From the NCBI GenBank assembly GCA_964016885.1, contig OZ024763.1, positions 7,254,001-7,318,000 of the forward strand: a stretch of DNA of 64,000 nucleotides. The letters are read 5' to 3'. The translations under genes and the position numbers were made by a program. Every line of letters starts with the position of its first letter. The first letter of the stretch is position 1. This document shows positions 45,820 through 58,724 of the stretch, piece after piece. The stretch is from Eledone cirrhosa. Its lineage: Eukaryota. Below the pieces are notes generated by a model. The model did no database searches. It was not told the origin of the DNA and was given only the letters and a program-made list of their open reading frames with translations.

Positions 45820-46750
45820 ATTCTTTCCTGAGACATTCTAACCACATGTCCGTAGTATCAGAGCTGTGATCTCTCAGTTGGGAGAAGTAGCAGCTCTACC
45901 TGGAGTGACTCTCTGCTCTCTGAGCTACAAATCTGTCCAGTGATTCTTTCCTGAGACATTCTAACCACATGTCCATAGTATCAGAGCTGTGATCTCTCAA
46001 TTGGGAGAAGTAGCAGCTCTACCTGGAGTGACTCTCTGCTCTCTGAGCTACAAATCTGTCCAGTGATTCTTTCCTGAGACATTCTAACCACATGTTCATA
46101 GTATCAGAGCTGTGAACTCTCAATTGGGAGAAGTAGCAGCTCTACCTGGAGTGACTCTCTCATCTCTGAGCTACACACCTTATCAAGTAACGTTACTCCA
46201 AAGACCCTTTCGAGGAACCCCATTTTGGCTGCTTGTATTCGCTTTTAACTCAGTACTAAGTTTAGTTAAATCTACTAAATACCATAGTGCAGCACTGAAG
46301 CTCTAAAGTGCCATACTGTGGCACCCTAGTTCGGGAGTTCAATAGTGTGTTACTCTTGCTCTCTATTGCCATATACACACATATATATAAACACATACAT
46401 ATATATATACATATATATATATACATATTCTTTCCTGAGACATTCTAACCACATGTCCATAGTATCAGAGCTGTGATCTCTCAGTTGGGAGAAGTAGCAG
46501 CTCTACCTGGAGTGACTCTCTCATCTCTGAGCTTCACACTTTATCAAGTAACATTACTCCAAAGACCCTTTCGAGGAACCCCATTTTGGCTGCTTGTATT
46601 CGCTTTTAACTCTACTAACTCAGTACTAAGTCAGTACTAAGTTTAGTTAAATCTACTAAATACCATAGTGCAGCACTGAAGCTCTAAAGTGCCATACTGT
46701 GCACCCTAGTTCGGGAGTTCAATAGTGTGTTACTCTTGTTCCCTATTGCC
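45820..46750 (-). mobile_element. RTE LINE fragments: three 123-bp units plus upstream RT sequence, then a local duplicate (46427-46750)
   Basis: Same unit as 3538-4170; reverse translation KRIQAAKMGFLERVFGVTLLDKV. Confidence 0.85.
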
Positions 46751-47604
46751 CTATACACATACATGTATATATATATATATACACACATATATATAAACAC
46801 ATACATATATATATATATATAAACATACATGCTTACGTATATATATATATATATTACGTGTTGAAAATTCTATCAGTTGATAAAACAACAATATGGCATT
46901 GAAATATATATTCAACCTCAAAATTGATTTATTTTCTATTGCAGACTTCCAATGTTATGTTTAGAATTGTTCCTGACGATGTCTTTCTAAAGATGTGTAA
47001 CATGTAATAGCAATGAAACAAGTGTTGATCAAATAAATAATTTATAAACTGTTGAACTTGGTGACTTATTTCTTTGTTTTTTATATATATATATAGAGAG
47101 AGATATGTGTGTGTGTGTGTGTATATATGTATATATATATATACGGAATTATTGAATGTTCCAATCTTCCCTATATTGATGAGAAGCTAATTCAACATTC
47201 AATTTATGAAAGCTAAGAGAAAACCGAACATCTGCAACAATATTGGTTCCATATTGAAAGTAGGTTGATATATATTCATTTTCAATGAGGTTTTACATCC
47301 GTTTTGGTGACCCAGTGGTATGTATTAGAGGTGAATCCGTTCCTGGTCGTGAGTTCGATCTGAATCAGGATATAATCTCACTAAATCTTACATTTTTTTC
47401 TCTTATAAAAGGGAAAAGTAAGACCCCCTTAATGTATGTCTTCATTGAAAACCAAACCAGGTCCTCCACCGTCTCTAATAACCCCCACTAGGCCACCGTA
47501 ACAATAACAGCTACAGAACTAATTGAAATTTAATATATATGAAACTACTTTCTATTAGCAAGCTAAATAGATGTGGTTACATTCATGCTGGTTCCGTCTT
47601 ATTA

Positions 47605-47781
47605 ACAGAATCGGTAGAGGTTCGGACGCTATGCTTTCCAGCATAGAGTTACGGCCCTTGCCATTCTGAGTTCAAATCCCGCCGAGGTTAACTTTGATTT
47701 TCATCTTTACAGGGTCGATAAAATAAAGTACCAGTAATACACTGGGATAATTGCTGGCCTTGTGCCAAAATTAGAAACAAT
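47605..47781 (+). mobile_element. tRNA-derived SINE
   Basis: Full A/B box head and family tail. Confidence 0.85.
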
Positions 47782-48044
47782 ATAACATATAAATATTTAT
47801 TTATATATATATGTGTGTGTGTTTTATTTGAACGTACAACATCGCTATATAAATCTGTTTTTATTTGTTAATAATTACATAAATGTAACTCTACAAACCC
47901 TGCTAAGGATTGAAACCCTGACTACACATTTACAGCAACAACAACGACATAATAATTTCTGGTTTAAAATAACCTTGTGTAATTCTTGGTAGAGATTGAA
48001 CCTCGTCACTTTATCTCACTATTTAGTCTTTCCAATTAACACCC

Positions 48045-48053
48045 TATATAAAA
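48045..48053 (+). promoter_or_regulatory. TATA-box-like element of array unit 1
   Basis: TATATAAAA at an equivalent position in all three diverged units (also 51718, 56882), with upstream GATA-type sites. Confidence 0.4.
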
Positions 48054-48619
48054 GGCAGTTTGTTCTGACTTCACACCTGATGTTCACAGTTGTCGAATGC
48101 TTACCACCACTCATGCTAAACACACTGCCAGTTATATCTGGGCAGCGATGAAGGAAGGTCGTGTTACTTCTACCTCTAATGAACAACATACATATGTTAT
48201 CCATTAGAGAACAATACACAAGAGAAAGAATTAAATTGAGAATGTCAATCTTTGAAAAGGAAATTTTATTTCATTAACGAATTCAACGGCAATACATTGT
48301 ACTGAAAGGAGAAATTAATTGTAAAGGAACCTTTATGGAGACATCTTACAATATTTTTCGGGATGTAAGACCCCCTTAGTTTTAAGAACAAATGTACAGA
48401 AACACGAAATAAGAAATTAATTGAAACGGAACACATAGATTTTAAGACATGTTTATTTTCAAGACAAAATGATTGGGGAAATGTAAATGTGCAGCTATCC
48501 TTGTTCATGGAGTGTGTATATATATATACATCCTTTTTTGTCGGGTAGAAAAGTACCTTTTATTCCCCACCCCACAAAAACATATTTCGAATATGTATGT
48601 TTTAATTGAAAGGTGGCTA

Positions 48620-49130
48620 ACCATGTTAAAGACAAAAAGTAGCAAGTGAGACGATAGGAATAATAAAACATTCCTTTACCGAGCTAAATGCAAACAAATT
48701 TATAATTCTCGATGAATGATATGAGCGACACCACGTAGAGTATTCCGTTGGGACATGGACGTACAGCTTACGAAATGACAGAAAATATCGAAGGAATCCA
48801 GAGAAGAACAAAAAATAAAAGAAGAATTATTAAGAAATCTGTCTTGAGAAGAAAGTTGTAAAGACTTAGAAATTACAACTTGGGCGGAGATAAAACTAAG
48901 GGGAGACATGATAGAAATATTTAAGATGATGGAAGGACTTGAAATTACGGAAGAAAATGTAAATCTAAGAAGAGGATACCATTATACTGTTTATAAGATA
49001 CAATGCTCTAAAGACATCAGAAAATATATATTTCTGAAAGAGATATTAGTGAATGGAATAGTTTAAATGATGATAAAAAGATATGGCAGATGAAGAACGA
49101 ATGAATACATTAAAATATTTGTGATGCTGA
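48620..49130 (+). mobile_element. CR1-like LINE RT C-terminal relic
   Basis: Decayed GIIKHSF...HVEY...IEGIQRR...LRGDMIEIFKMMEGL. Confidence 0.8.
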
Positions 49131-50699
49131 GTAAAAGTGAGCAGAAAGCATTGTAGTGAATTTGATCATGCTATGGCAATAAGAAAAGAACTCAGTAAAT
49201 CTCGCAACGCTTCAAAATATATCAACTAACTTAGAATTGTATCAACTGGCTTGGACATAACTACAGTTTAGTCGTCACTCCATGAATTTGTTAACGGTGA
49301 ATATATTTTACATGAAAATATACAGAGATCCGTCTTCCATGATGTAGATTACGATAATGTCGGTGAAACTCATTAATTTACTTCAAATACTTTCATTATT
49401 GTATGTAGTTAAGTTCGTTAAAGATTTCATGTACTAAAAACTTACGTACTGTGTTTGTAGTCGGCTAAATATAAACTTGAAAATTCGTTAATTATGCCTG
49501 TCTTCCAATCTCATGTTGATAAAGTATAATATCAATCAGAATAATGTCATAGATTTTCTACATAATCGGAATGTCATTTCTAAAACTACGAATTACTTTA
49601 AAAATTACAAAACACAAGACAAAAACGTAATGTTTACCTTCGAAAGTATGTTTATAAAATATATATTATCAGAAGTAAGTTTTAAGGAAACGAGTCCGAT
49701 GTGAGAGGGGCATTAAACTATATTTATGTCGTGAAAAATGTCTCACTTCAGACATTAAATTGTGGCGGAGATTCTTTCTGCCATCGAGTGTTCCTTTGAA
49801 CGTCAGTTTTTAAATATTTGTCTCTCTTTAAAGATGGATTATCTTTTGAAAAACTAATTTTAGATTATTCATGGCTGGTCTGTGTGGTTTGTTTTGAAAT
49901 AGCATCTCTGTCTCGTAGACAGGTCAAATTTGATCAAGTCGAACATGAGTCTTTAAAACGAAATATTGCGTAAAAGACACACCTTATGTTTATCTTTGGT
50001 ATTGCGGTAGATATCCTGATGTCTCCATTTTGTAAATTAATCCAAATAGCAAAAGACAAGATCCAGTAAACCTTGGTAATAATCCAGTTCCGCCATTTGC
50101 AATAGAATATAAGAAGAAACAAAAACAAAAGGCACACTGGGCAGTTAATGTATTGAAAATCATAATAAAAATAAAACTGAATAAAAATGTCTTACTGTCA
50201 TTATTTAATTTTTTTCATTTATTTATTGCTAACACATATTTTAAAATATATATATACACACACACACACACAGATAGACCCACTTTGTTTGTAACTGAGG
50301 CAAAAGTCAGAAATTTACGGGGAGAATTCGATCGATTAAATTGATTCCTGTATGTGACTGGTACTATATTTTATCTATCCAAAAATAAAAATGTTAAATT
50401 AATCGGGGCCAGATTTTCACCGAGATGAGAACGCAAGGTGAAGTAATATCAATTAAAAATTGAGGTGTTATTATTTTATCATTTAGTTACAAAGTCGTGA
50501 GACTTGGTAGTTAAGTATTTAATGTAGTTTGTGGTGCTGTCAGGAGTTCAATATTTAGCTGCGGATATAGAATTACTTTTATTTTTAAGAAACAAAAAAA
50601 CATATACATATCGCTATTTAGTTGAATTTGTGTAAAATTACTGCAAAACATATTGTAGGTTCAGATCTTACACTGCTACATATATTATCTATATAGAAA

Positions 50700-51545
50700 T
50701 CAGGTTTAACAATTTACGGGCGTATTGTACGAGGTGGGAATATTTCACACACACACAAACCAGGTATGATAGATTTAAAGTTAGTAAATATTATTGTAGA
50801 CGGGGACATTGTAGGTTCAAATCAACCGTAGAGCGATAAGAAACAAAGTGAAGATTTAATTTATCAAAGACCCAGGAGGATGAAAGACAGAGTCGACCCT
50901 TTTGAGTAGCAATAACATTGAGTAAGGCATGAACGCCACGACGTGAATTTTGCTTGGAAATACAAAAGTAGGTTTATATGTATGAATTTTCTCATTGGTC
51001 TCTGTTGCCAAGTGGTAAGAATGAGAGACGGTGGAGATCCGGGTCTGGGGTTAGATTTCTGCCAAGATGAAGAACGTCTTTTTTTAATTTTATCTCTAAT
51101 AAGAAACGAAAAAAAAAAATTCGGCGTAGCTCCAGTCCGAGATTGGACCCCAGACCAGGATCTCCACCGTCTCTAACACCTACCATTAGCCCACAGAGAC
51201 AACCACAAAAGTATTATGAAAATTTATATAGCTACTTTTCTATATCCAATCAAACTTGATGTGGTGGCCTTCATGTTTTTCGCAATGTTATTCGTACTAC
51301 AAACGGTCATCCTTGTATTTTATTCCTCTGGAGGTTTCCGAAACCTACCTTGTATTTCCAAGCATAATAGACGCTGTGGTATTCATGCCTTTCTCAGCAT
51401 TATCAATACTTCAAACGTGTCGACATTTGTTTTTATTCTTCTGGCAATTTGAGAAAATATATCTTCACTTACTTTCTCTAAGGTTCATTTCATCCTACAA
51501 CCCGATAATCTGCAGTGGCCTTCTTCAACTGTCATACCTCACTAT
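50700..51545. repeat. Diverged ~850-bp palindrome centred on inverted tRNA-like heads
   Basis: AGAGACGGTGGAGATCCGGGTCTGGGG versus CCCCAGACCAGGATCTCCACCGTCTCT; outer arms CATGAACGCCAC/GTGGCCTTCATG and TTGTAGG/CCTACAA. Confidence 0.75.
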
Positions 51546-51717
51546 TAAATTTATTGATGTCCTTCGTTAAAAATAACCTACTGTAATTCTTGATAGAGAT
51601 TCAACCCTGTCACTTTATCTCACTGCTTATTCAGGGACCAAGGTCCTCAATCTCGGAGAATATTGATAAGGAGAGAAGATTGTATCCTTATCTGGTCCAT
51701 CTTTCCAGTTAACACGG

Positions 51718-51725
51718 TATATAAA
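51718..51725 (+). promoter_or_regulatory. TATA-box-like element of array unit 2
   Basis: TATATAAA preceded by TGATAAG, CTTATCT and TTTATCT. Confidence 0.4.
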
Positions 51726-52309
51726 TGGTACTTTGTTGGGATTTAACACTAAACACGTGATGTTCACCGTTGTCAGCTAAACACACTGCCAGTTTGCTAT
51801 CTGCAGCGGTGAAAGAAGGTCGTGTTATTTCTACAGCTCACATACATTGTTTTATTCATTAGATAATATAGAAGATAAAGAATGAATATGAGAATGTCAG
51901 TCTTTTAAAAGTATAATTTATTATATTAGAGCAAAATCTTGAATTAACGATAGTTTGTGAAACTAAAGTTAAAATGGACGAAGCAACAATTGTATGACAA
52001 ATTGTTTATTGATAAGAAGGAGAAATGATTGCATCTTCAACGGCAATACAATCTATTGAAAATCGAACACTTACAGAGACCTCATACAGGATTTTTCGGA
52101 ATACATTTTGATGAAAATATGTTTTGAGGAAGAGTTAAAAATAGGGAGATACATATACATGGCTAGTATATACTTTAATTATCATATTTGTATCTTGAAC
52201 GTATAAGACGCCAGTAGGTTTTAACATCGAATATTGATGTAAAATTGTGTTTTTTTGTTTCACCCACCCCCAACAAATGTGGAATATGTATCAATTTGAA
52301 TTTAAAGGT

Positions 52310-53260
52310 AGCTAACCATCTCACAGGAAAAAAACCACAACACCAAGTCGGATTATAGGAATGATGAAATATTACTTTACCTACCTAAATACAGATATAT
52401 TAAAACTCTAGATAAATGATATGTGTGATACTACCTAGAATATTATTTGCAGGTATGGTCAACCGACTTCCGAAAGGAGAGAGAAGCTATTGAAGAAAAA
52501 AGCATGAAATACCAGAATTCTTGAGAAGAAAGATGTAAAAAGCCAGGGATTACGACTTTGGAGGAGATAAAGCTAAGGGGAGACATGATAGAAATATTTA
52601 AGATAATGAAAGGATTTGAAGTGTGTATATATATATATATATACATCCTTTTTTGTCGGGTAGAAAAGTACCTTTTATTCCCCACCCCACAAAAACATAT
52701 ATTTCGAATATGTATGTTTTAATTGAAAGGTGGCTAACCATGTTAAAGACAAAAAGTAGCAAGTGAGACGATAGGAATAATAAAACATTCCTTTACCTAG
52801 CTAAATGCAAACAAATTTATAATTCTCGATGAGCAACACCACGTAGAGTATTCCGTTGGGACATGGACGTACAGCTTACGAAATGACAGAAAATATCGAA
52901 GGAATCCAGAGAAGAACAAAAAATAAAAGAGAAGAATTATTAAGAAATCTGTCTTGAGAAGAAAGTTGTAAAGACTTAGAAATTACAACTTGGGAGGAGA
53001 TAAAACTAAGGGGAGACATGATAGAAATATTTAAGATAATGAAAGGATTTGAAATTACAGAAGAAAATGTAAGAAGAGGATACCATTATGCTGTTTATAA
53101 GATACAATGCTCTAAAGACATCAGAAAATATATATTTCTCAAAGAGATATTAGTGAATGGAATAGTTTAAATGATGGAGTAGACGACACAACAGTAAATG
53201 ATTATAAAAAGATATGACAGATGAAGAACGAATGAATAGATTGAAATATTTGTGATGATG
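52310..53260 (+). mobile_element. Two tandem CR1-like RT relics
   Basis: LRGDMIEIFKIMKGF occurs twice; the second lies within a recent copy of 48511-49341. Confidence 0.8.
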
Positions 53261-53518
53261 AGTAAAAGTGAGCAGAAAGCATTGTAGTGAATTTGATCAT
53301 GCTATGGCAATAAGAAAAGAACTCAGTAAATCTCGCAATACTTCAAAATATATCAACTAACTTAGAATTGTATCAACTGGCTTGGACATAACTACAGTTT
53401 AGTCGTCACTCCATGTTAACGGTGAATATAATTTCATGAAAATATACAGAGATCTGTCTTCCATCCTTGGTGTGTATATAAATGTATGGAAAAAGGAAAA
53501 TCTGCTTCGTAGAATCAA

Positions 53519-53612
53519 GACGTATCTGAGGACCTTACGATTTTCAGTCAGGTTCGTTCATCACATCGATCGTGACTCGATTTGGTCACCAGAGAAACGA
53601 TTGTAATATGTC
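53519..53612 (+). ncRNA. Candidate type I hammerhead ribozyme with expanded helix II
   Basis: gacgtat-CTGAGGA-[~61 nt]-GAAAC-gatt-GTA-atatgtc, giving a 7-bp helix I; AATAAA follows directly. The base of helix II pairs poorly. Confidence 0.4.
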
Positions 53613-53720
53613 CAATAAATTCCATTCGTCGCAACACTGATTCTCTATTTTTCTGGGATATCATACTCTACTCTATGAGAGCATCGAGTGCTAATACGGC
53701 TTTAAGCATCCAACACCAAT

Positions 53721-53755
<35 letters not shown>

Positions 53756-54554
53756 TCATAAGCACAAGTGTTTATGATGATAAGGTCCCCCTATTTTTGT
53801 ATATTTATATGTCGATGCCTATTTCCACTTGTCTTCCATCATCGAGTAAAAGTGATCTACATAAAGGATCTGTCTGATGTTGCTATGTATGTAGGGACGT
53901 ATAGCTTGCGAGGGAGTCTTGGTGACCCCTCGTTGATATTCGGGGTGTCTTGGGTATTTTGTAAAAGCTGACTGATCCCATCTCTACCCTAGATCTGATC
54001 ACAGGAGATATTTACCAGAGAAGGAGAGAAAGTAGGAGAAAGGAAGTAAGAAAGAGATATAGAAGAAGGATCGACCCCATACTACACTGGTACTTCGTTT
54101 TATCTACCTCGAATGGTGTTATAGTGGAACATTAACTTTGATGTACCTCTATAAGTCATACCTTTTCTATACGTCTGTGTATGTACAGGTGTGTGTATGT
54201 AAGTGTACGTGGCGTTGCAAGTTCGGTTTTCATAAGTATCTCTGTGAAATTTTAACAAGAGCAAGCATGTGTCCTGATGGTTACTCAATCGTTTTTAAGC
54301 TGGTATATGGTATGTGTTTTTAATATGTATATATATTTACATAGAAGTGAGTAAATATGAATGTATGGGTATGTATATACATATATAGACAGTCGATCGA
54401 CCTTCATCAGATCGGACCGACGAAACAATGTTTCCACTGGTCTTTCCAATTGCTAATACTATCTATCGGTCGAAACTCCAGGTGGAAATAAATAAATAAA
54501 TAAATTAATTAATCTGTGTATATATATATATATATATTTATTAAAATATATATA

Positions 54555-54670
54555 TAATAAAACAAGGACGAATGGGTACACCTTCATTACGTTTATTGGT
54601 TCGTGGCGCGCGTTTCGCTATTCATCAGCTTAAGGTTCGTTCTGTATCGATCTAGCCCGACTCTGTAATC
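54555..54670 (-). mobile_element. Penelope-like terminus with degenerate hammerhead
   Basis: Reverse strand: CTGATGAatagcGAAAcgcgcgcc...AATAAA...(TA)n. Confidence 0.5.
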
Positions 54671-55214
54671 AATAACTTGTATATATATATGTGTGTATGT
54701 ATATATGAAATCGCCCATGGGACACCCTGGTGTAATCTAAATACACAGAGTGTGCGGTTAGCTGTTTTTAAATGATTACCCCTCCTCATATTCCCTTGTT
54801 TATATACTGTATTGTAATACATGGCAACCTTAATACTTAATAATATCGAGATGAAAATATAAATGTTAATACAGTATTCCAGAAGTAAAATAGAGATCTA
54901 ATGGGAGGAGGTGAGTATTATAACTTTTATAAGAAATAAAGATCTAAAGACGAGTGAAAACTTTCATCAACGAAATCGTAATGTACACCAAGGAAAATAT
55001 ATGTCTACAGAATACAGATTAGTAAAATAAAGTTAGAGCAAATAAATGAGAGGTCACTTAACTTTACATATTTAGTTTTATTTATATCGTGAAAAATGTT
55101 GATCTTCAGATATTAAAGTGTGGATGTGATTGTCTTTGTCTTTACGTGTTTGTTGGAAATCCTTTTTTAATGTTTCTTTCTTTAAACATTGTCTTTTTTT
55201 AAAATTAATTTTAG

Positions 55215-55515
55215 ATTATTCGTACCTCATCTCTGGTCTCTTTTGATGGAGTCTACCTGTCCTGTTTATTGGTTTTATTTTAAAAGTAATCCATTGGAAC
55301 ATCAGATATTAAATGAAATGTTACGTAAAAGACACACCATATGTTTATTCCAGGTATTTAGAGAGATGTCCACTGACAACAAAATAAGGAAATGCCATCA
55401 TCCAGTAAAACTTGGTAATAATCCAGTCTCGTCACAGCCACCATTTACAGTAAACAATGGTAAGAACAAACAAAAACAAGAGAACTATTCAGCAGTTAAT
55501 GAAGTGAATACATAA
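55215..55515 (+). pseudogene. Exon-like open frame of an unknown duplicated gene; disabled paralogue at 49864-50180
   Basis: AATTTTAG acceptor and downstream AATAAA in both copies; EHQILNEMLRKRHTICL vs EHESL.EILRKRHTLCL; PVKLGNNPVSSQPPF vs PVNLGNNPV---PPF with in-frame indels. Confidence 0.35.
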
Positions 55516-55687
55516 AATAAAAAACAAACATTCCTGAATAAAATAAATTTTTTACTTTCATTAAATTGTTTCTTTACTTTCTTTTATAAAACACACTTAT
55601 TAATAGAAATTAAGCACAGCATTGTAGGTTCAAATCTTACTTGCATGTATATATAGGAACCACGTTTAATAATTTACGGGTACGACG

Positions 55688-56472
55688 AATGAGGTATGAC
55701 ATTATTGCAGACGGAGTTGTTGTAGGTTCAAATCAAGCCTAGAGCAATGAGAAATAAAGTCTAGATTTACTTTATGAATTCAAGGACGTCCCGAAAAAGC
55801 CATGAATGCCACTACATCGAGTTTTCAACCGAACAAAATGTAGTTTTATAAATATTAATTTTCACTATGATTTCATAACCGTCTCAGTGGTCTAGTGGTA
55901 GACATTAGAGACAGTGGTGATATTGATTAGGGGTTCGATCTCTGTCAGGTGTACATGAAAACCTTGTACAGAAATTCTGTTTTTTATAAAAAATTGAAAA
56001 AGTAGGTTTATAAATATTAATTTTCAGTAAGTTTTTATAACCGCCTCCGTAGACTAGTGGTAAGTATTAGAGGTGATGGAGATGCTGGTCTGGGGTTCGA
56101 TCTCAGTCAGATTCCTGCAACCTCTATTTTTCGTTCATTTTATGAAAAATTTAAAAAATTAAAATTTCTCGAGAGATTCCTGACTGAGATTGAACCCCAG
56201 ACCAGCATCACCACTGTCCCAACAACTACCACTAGGCTACCGAGACAACTACAAAATTACTATCAAAATTAAAATTTATAAACCTACTTTCTATTTAAAA
56301 GAAAAATTGATGTAGTGGCCTTCATGGCTTTCCCAATGATATTAATTCAAAATGGTTCACTTTCATTTTTATTCTTCGCGAACTTCCGTAAAATATACCT
56401 TATCATTTCTCTAGGGTTGATTTCATCCTACAACCTGATGATCTGCAGGGACATTCATCAATGGTCATACCT
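55688..56472. repeat. Diverged palindrome with three tRNA(Glu)-like heads (two +, one -)
   Basis: GTGGTCTAGTGGTAG...GGGGTTCGATCTC.GTCAG at ~55880 and ~56045, inverted at 56170-56246; arms bounded by GAGGTATGAC/GTCATACCT. Confidence 0.75.
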
Positions 56473-56881
56473 GATTATATATATATATGTGCGTGTGTGT
56501 GTGTGTTATATTTGATCCTGCAATGTTGTGCTCAGCAATAATGGTTTTCAATTCCGTCTTCCCTCCATCCTTGGTGTGTATATAAATCTATATATGTGAT
56601 TTCAACGTACAACGACAATATATACATCATTTTTGTTTGATAATAATTTGATAAAACTAATTCTACAACCCCTGATAAACATTGAAACCACGACTATAAA
56701 ATATAACAACAACCACGACATAACAGCTTTGGTTAAATATAATTTAATTAAATTATTGCTAGAGATTGATCCCTAATATTTCTTCTCACTCCTTAACCAG
56801 AGAGAAAATGTCCTCGGACTCGGACAATATTGATAAGGAGAGAGTGTATCCATACTTGGCAAATCTTTCCAGTTCACATGG

Positions 56882-56890
56882 TATATAAAA
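56882..56890 (+). promoter_or_regulatory. TATA-box-like element of array unit 3
   Basis: TATATAAAAGGCAGT preceded by TGATAAG; Inr-like TTATTC about 28 nt downstream. Confidence 0.4.
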
Positions 56891-57474
56891 GGCAGTAAGA
56901 GGTGACTTGTTATTCCTACGAACGACATTGTCAGTTAGCCTTCTATAGCGAGGGAAGAAGGCTGTGTGTTTTTTCTCCTATCACATAACATACATTTGTC
57001 ATTCATTAGATATCAATATACAAGAGAAAGAAAAAATTGAGAGCTTCACTCTTTTAAAAGTAACATTTATTACATTAGAATTAACGATAGTTTGTGACAC
57101 TAAACATGGAAACACTGCGAACAATTTTGAGACAAGCTAATTACTATGAGAAGGACAAATCTTCAACGCCTAGATATTTCTAAAGAAAACTGAAATGAGA
57201 AATTGATTGAAATGGAATAATTATTGAGACACCTTACAATATTTTTCGGGATATGTCTTACCTTATTTTGAAGAAATAAATGTTTCGGGAAAGAGTTAAT
57301 AAGAAGCTATATATATATACATTGCTTATATATATATATATACTTTAATTATTATATTTGTACAACGAAGTTATAAAAAGGAAGTATGATTTGGTATCGA
57401 ATGTGGAGCAAAAAACGAGCTTCTTGTACCCCTCACAGAAGAATTGTGAATATGTATGAATATGAATTGAAAGA

Positions 57475-57930
57475 TGGCTAACCATGTTGAAGCAAAAGAG
57501 GGAGACGGATAATAGAAATAATAAAACATTCTGTTCCCTAGCTAAATGCTGAAAAATCTAAAACTCTAGATGAATATGTATGATACCACTGAGAAAATTG
57601 TCAACCGACATCCGAAAAAACGGTGAGGCTCTTGAAGCAACCAAGAGAAGAAGAAAACAGAAAACACTATAATTATTTAAGGATCTATCTTGTGAAAGAA
57701 ATGTGAACTTTTGTAAATTTAGAGGAGATAAATCTTAGGGGAGCAGGATAAAAATATAAAGACTATTTAAATATTAGTACACTATTCCATATAAATGTCA
57801 ACACTTGAAAATATCAACATTAGTTCACTATACCAAGGACAAACACTTAGAATTACAACTTTGGAGGAGATTAATCAAACGAGTGACATGATAGAAATAT
57901 TTAAAATAATGAAAGCACTTCAAAATACAG
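57475..57930 (+). mobile_element. CR1-like RT relic with internal duplication
   Basis: LRITTLEEI...DMIEIFKIMK. Confidence 0.7.
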
Positions 57931-58403
57931 AATTGGGGAAGAAAATGAAAATTGATATATAAACCTACTTTCTATTTTTGAAGCTTAATTGACGTGGTGG
58001 CGTTCATACCTTTCTCAGTCTTATTAATACCGCAAAGATGTCGACATGTCTTTTACTATTCTGTAGTTTTCAGAAAATATATCATGATTTTATTTTTATC
58101 TCTTTAGGTTTGATTTGATGCTATAACCACCTGATGTCCTTCAAATGTCATACCTCAGTGTCTAGATGGTGGCCTGGCTTGATGGTTTCTAAACAGATAG
58201 CCCTTTAAACTTGTGTTGCGTATGCAATAATCGTATCAGCAAATGATGATGGGACCATGTTGAAGCAACGTTATGTGCATCCTTCCAAATTCGATATGGT
58301 AAGCTATGTTCTTTTTATCAGCTTCGGCTTTTATTTATAAACGTTTATGTACGTACGAGTCTAGATAAGCGTACGTATGTATACCTGTTTAAGCTTGTGT
58401 GTA

Positions 58404-58724
58404 TATAAGTATTTATAATAATTGTTTCTACGTTTGGCACAAGGCCAGCAATTACCCAGTGCATTACTGGTACTTTATTTTATCGAGCCTGTAAGGATGA
58501 AAGGCAAAGTTAACCTCGGCGGGATTTGAACTCAGAATGGCAAGGGCTGTAACTCTATACGTCAAAGCATGACGTCCGACCCTCTACTGATACTGCCAAT
58601 CCACCGCCCTCTAAACAACGCCTTTCATCCTTACGGAGTCGATAAAATAAAGTACCAGTAATGTACTAAGTAATTTGCTGGCCTTGTGCCTAAAGTAGAA
58701 ACAATTATAAGTATTTATAATAAT
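58404..58724. mobile_element. Inverted SINE pair (full - copy plus truncated + copy) bounded by a 19-bp direct repeat
   Basis: TATAAGTATTTATAATAAT at 58404-58422 and 58706-58724. Confidence 0.85.

Noticed and set aside
46972-47010. Hammerhead at CTGACGA...GTAAC
   Set aside because: The GAAA core is mutated; at best a dead relic.
49990-50163. Minus-strand small ORF with signal-peptide-like start (MIFNTLTAQCAFCFCFFLYS...)
   Set aside because: The paralogous block at 55.3-55.5 kb has stops in this frame, while the + frame is open in both copies over this stretch.
55880-56246. Functional tRNA genes
   Set aside because: A and B boxes are present, but there is no coherent acceptor or anticodon stem; treated as tRNA-derived heads.
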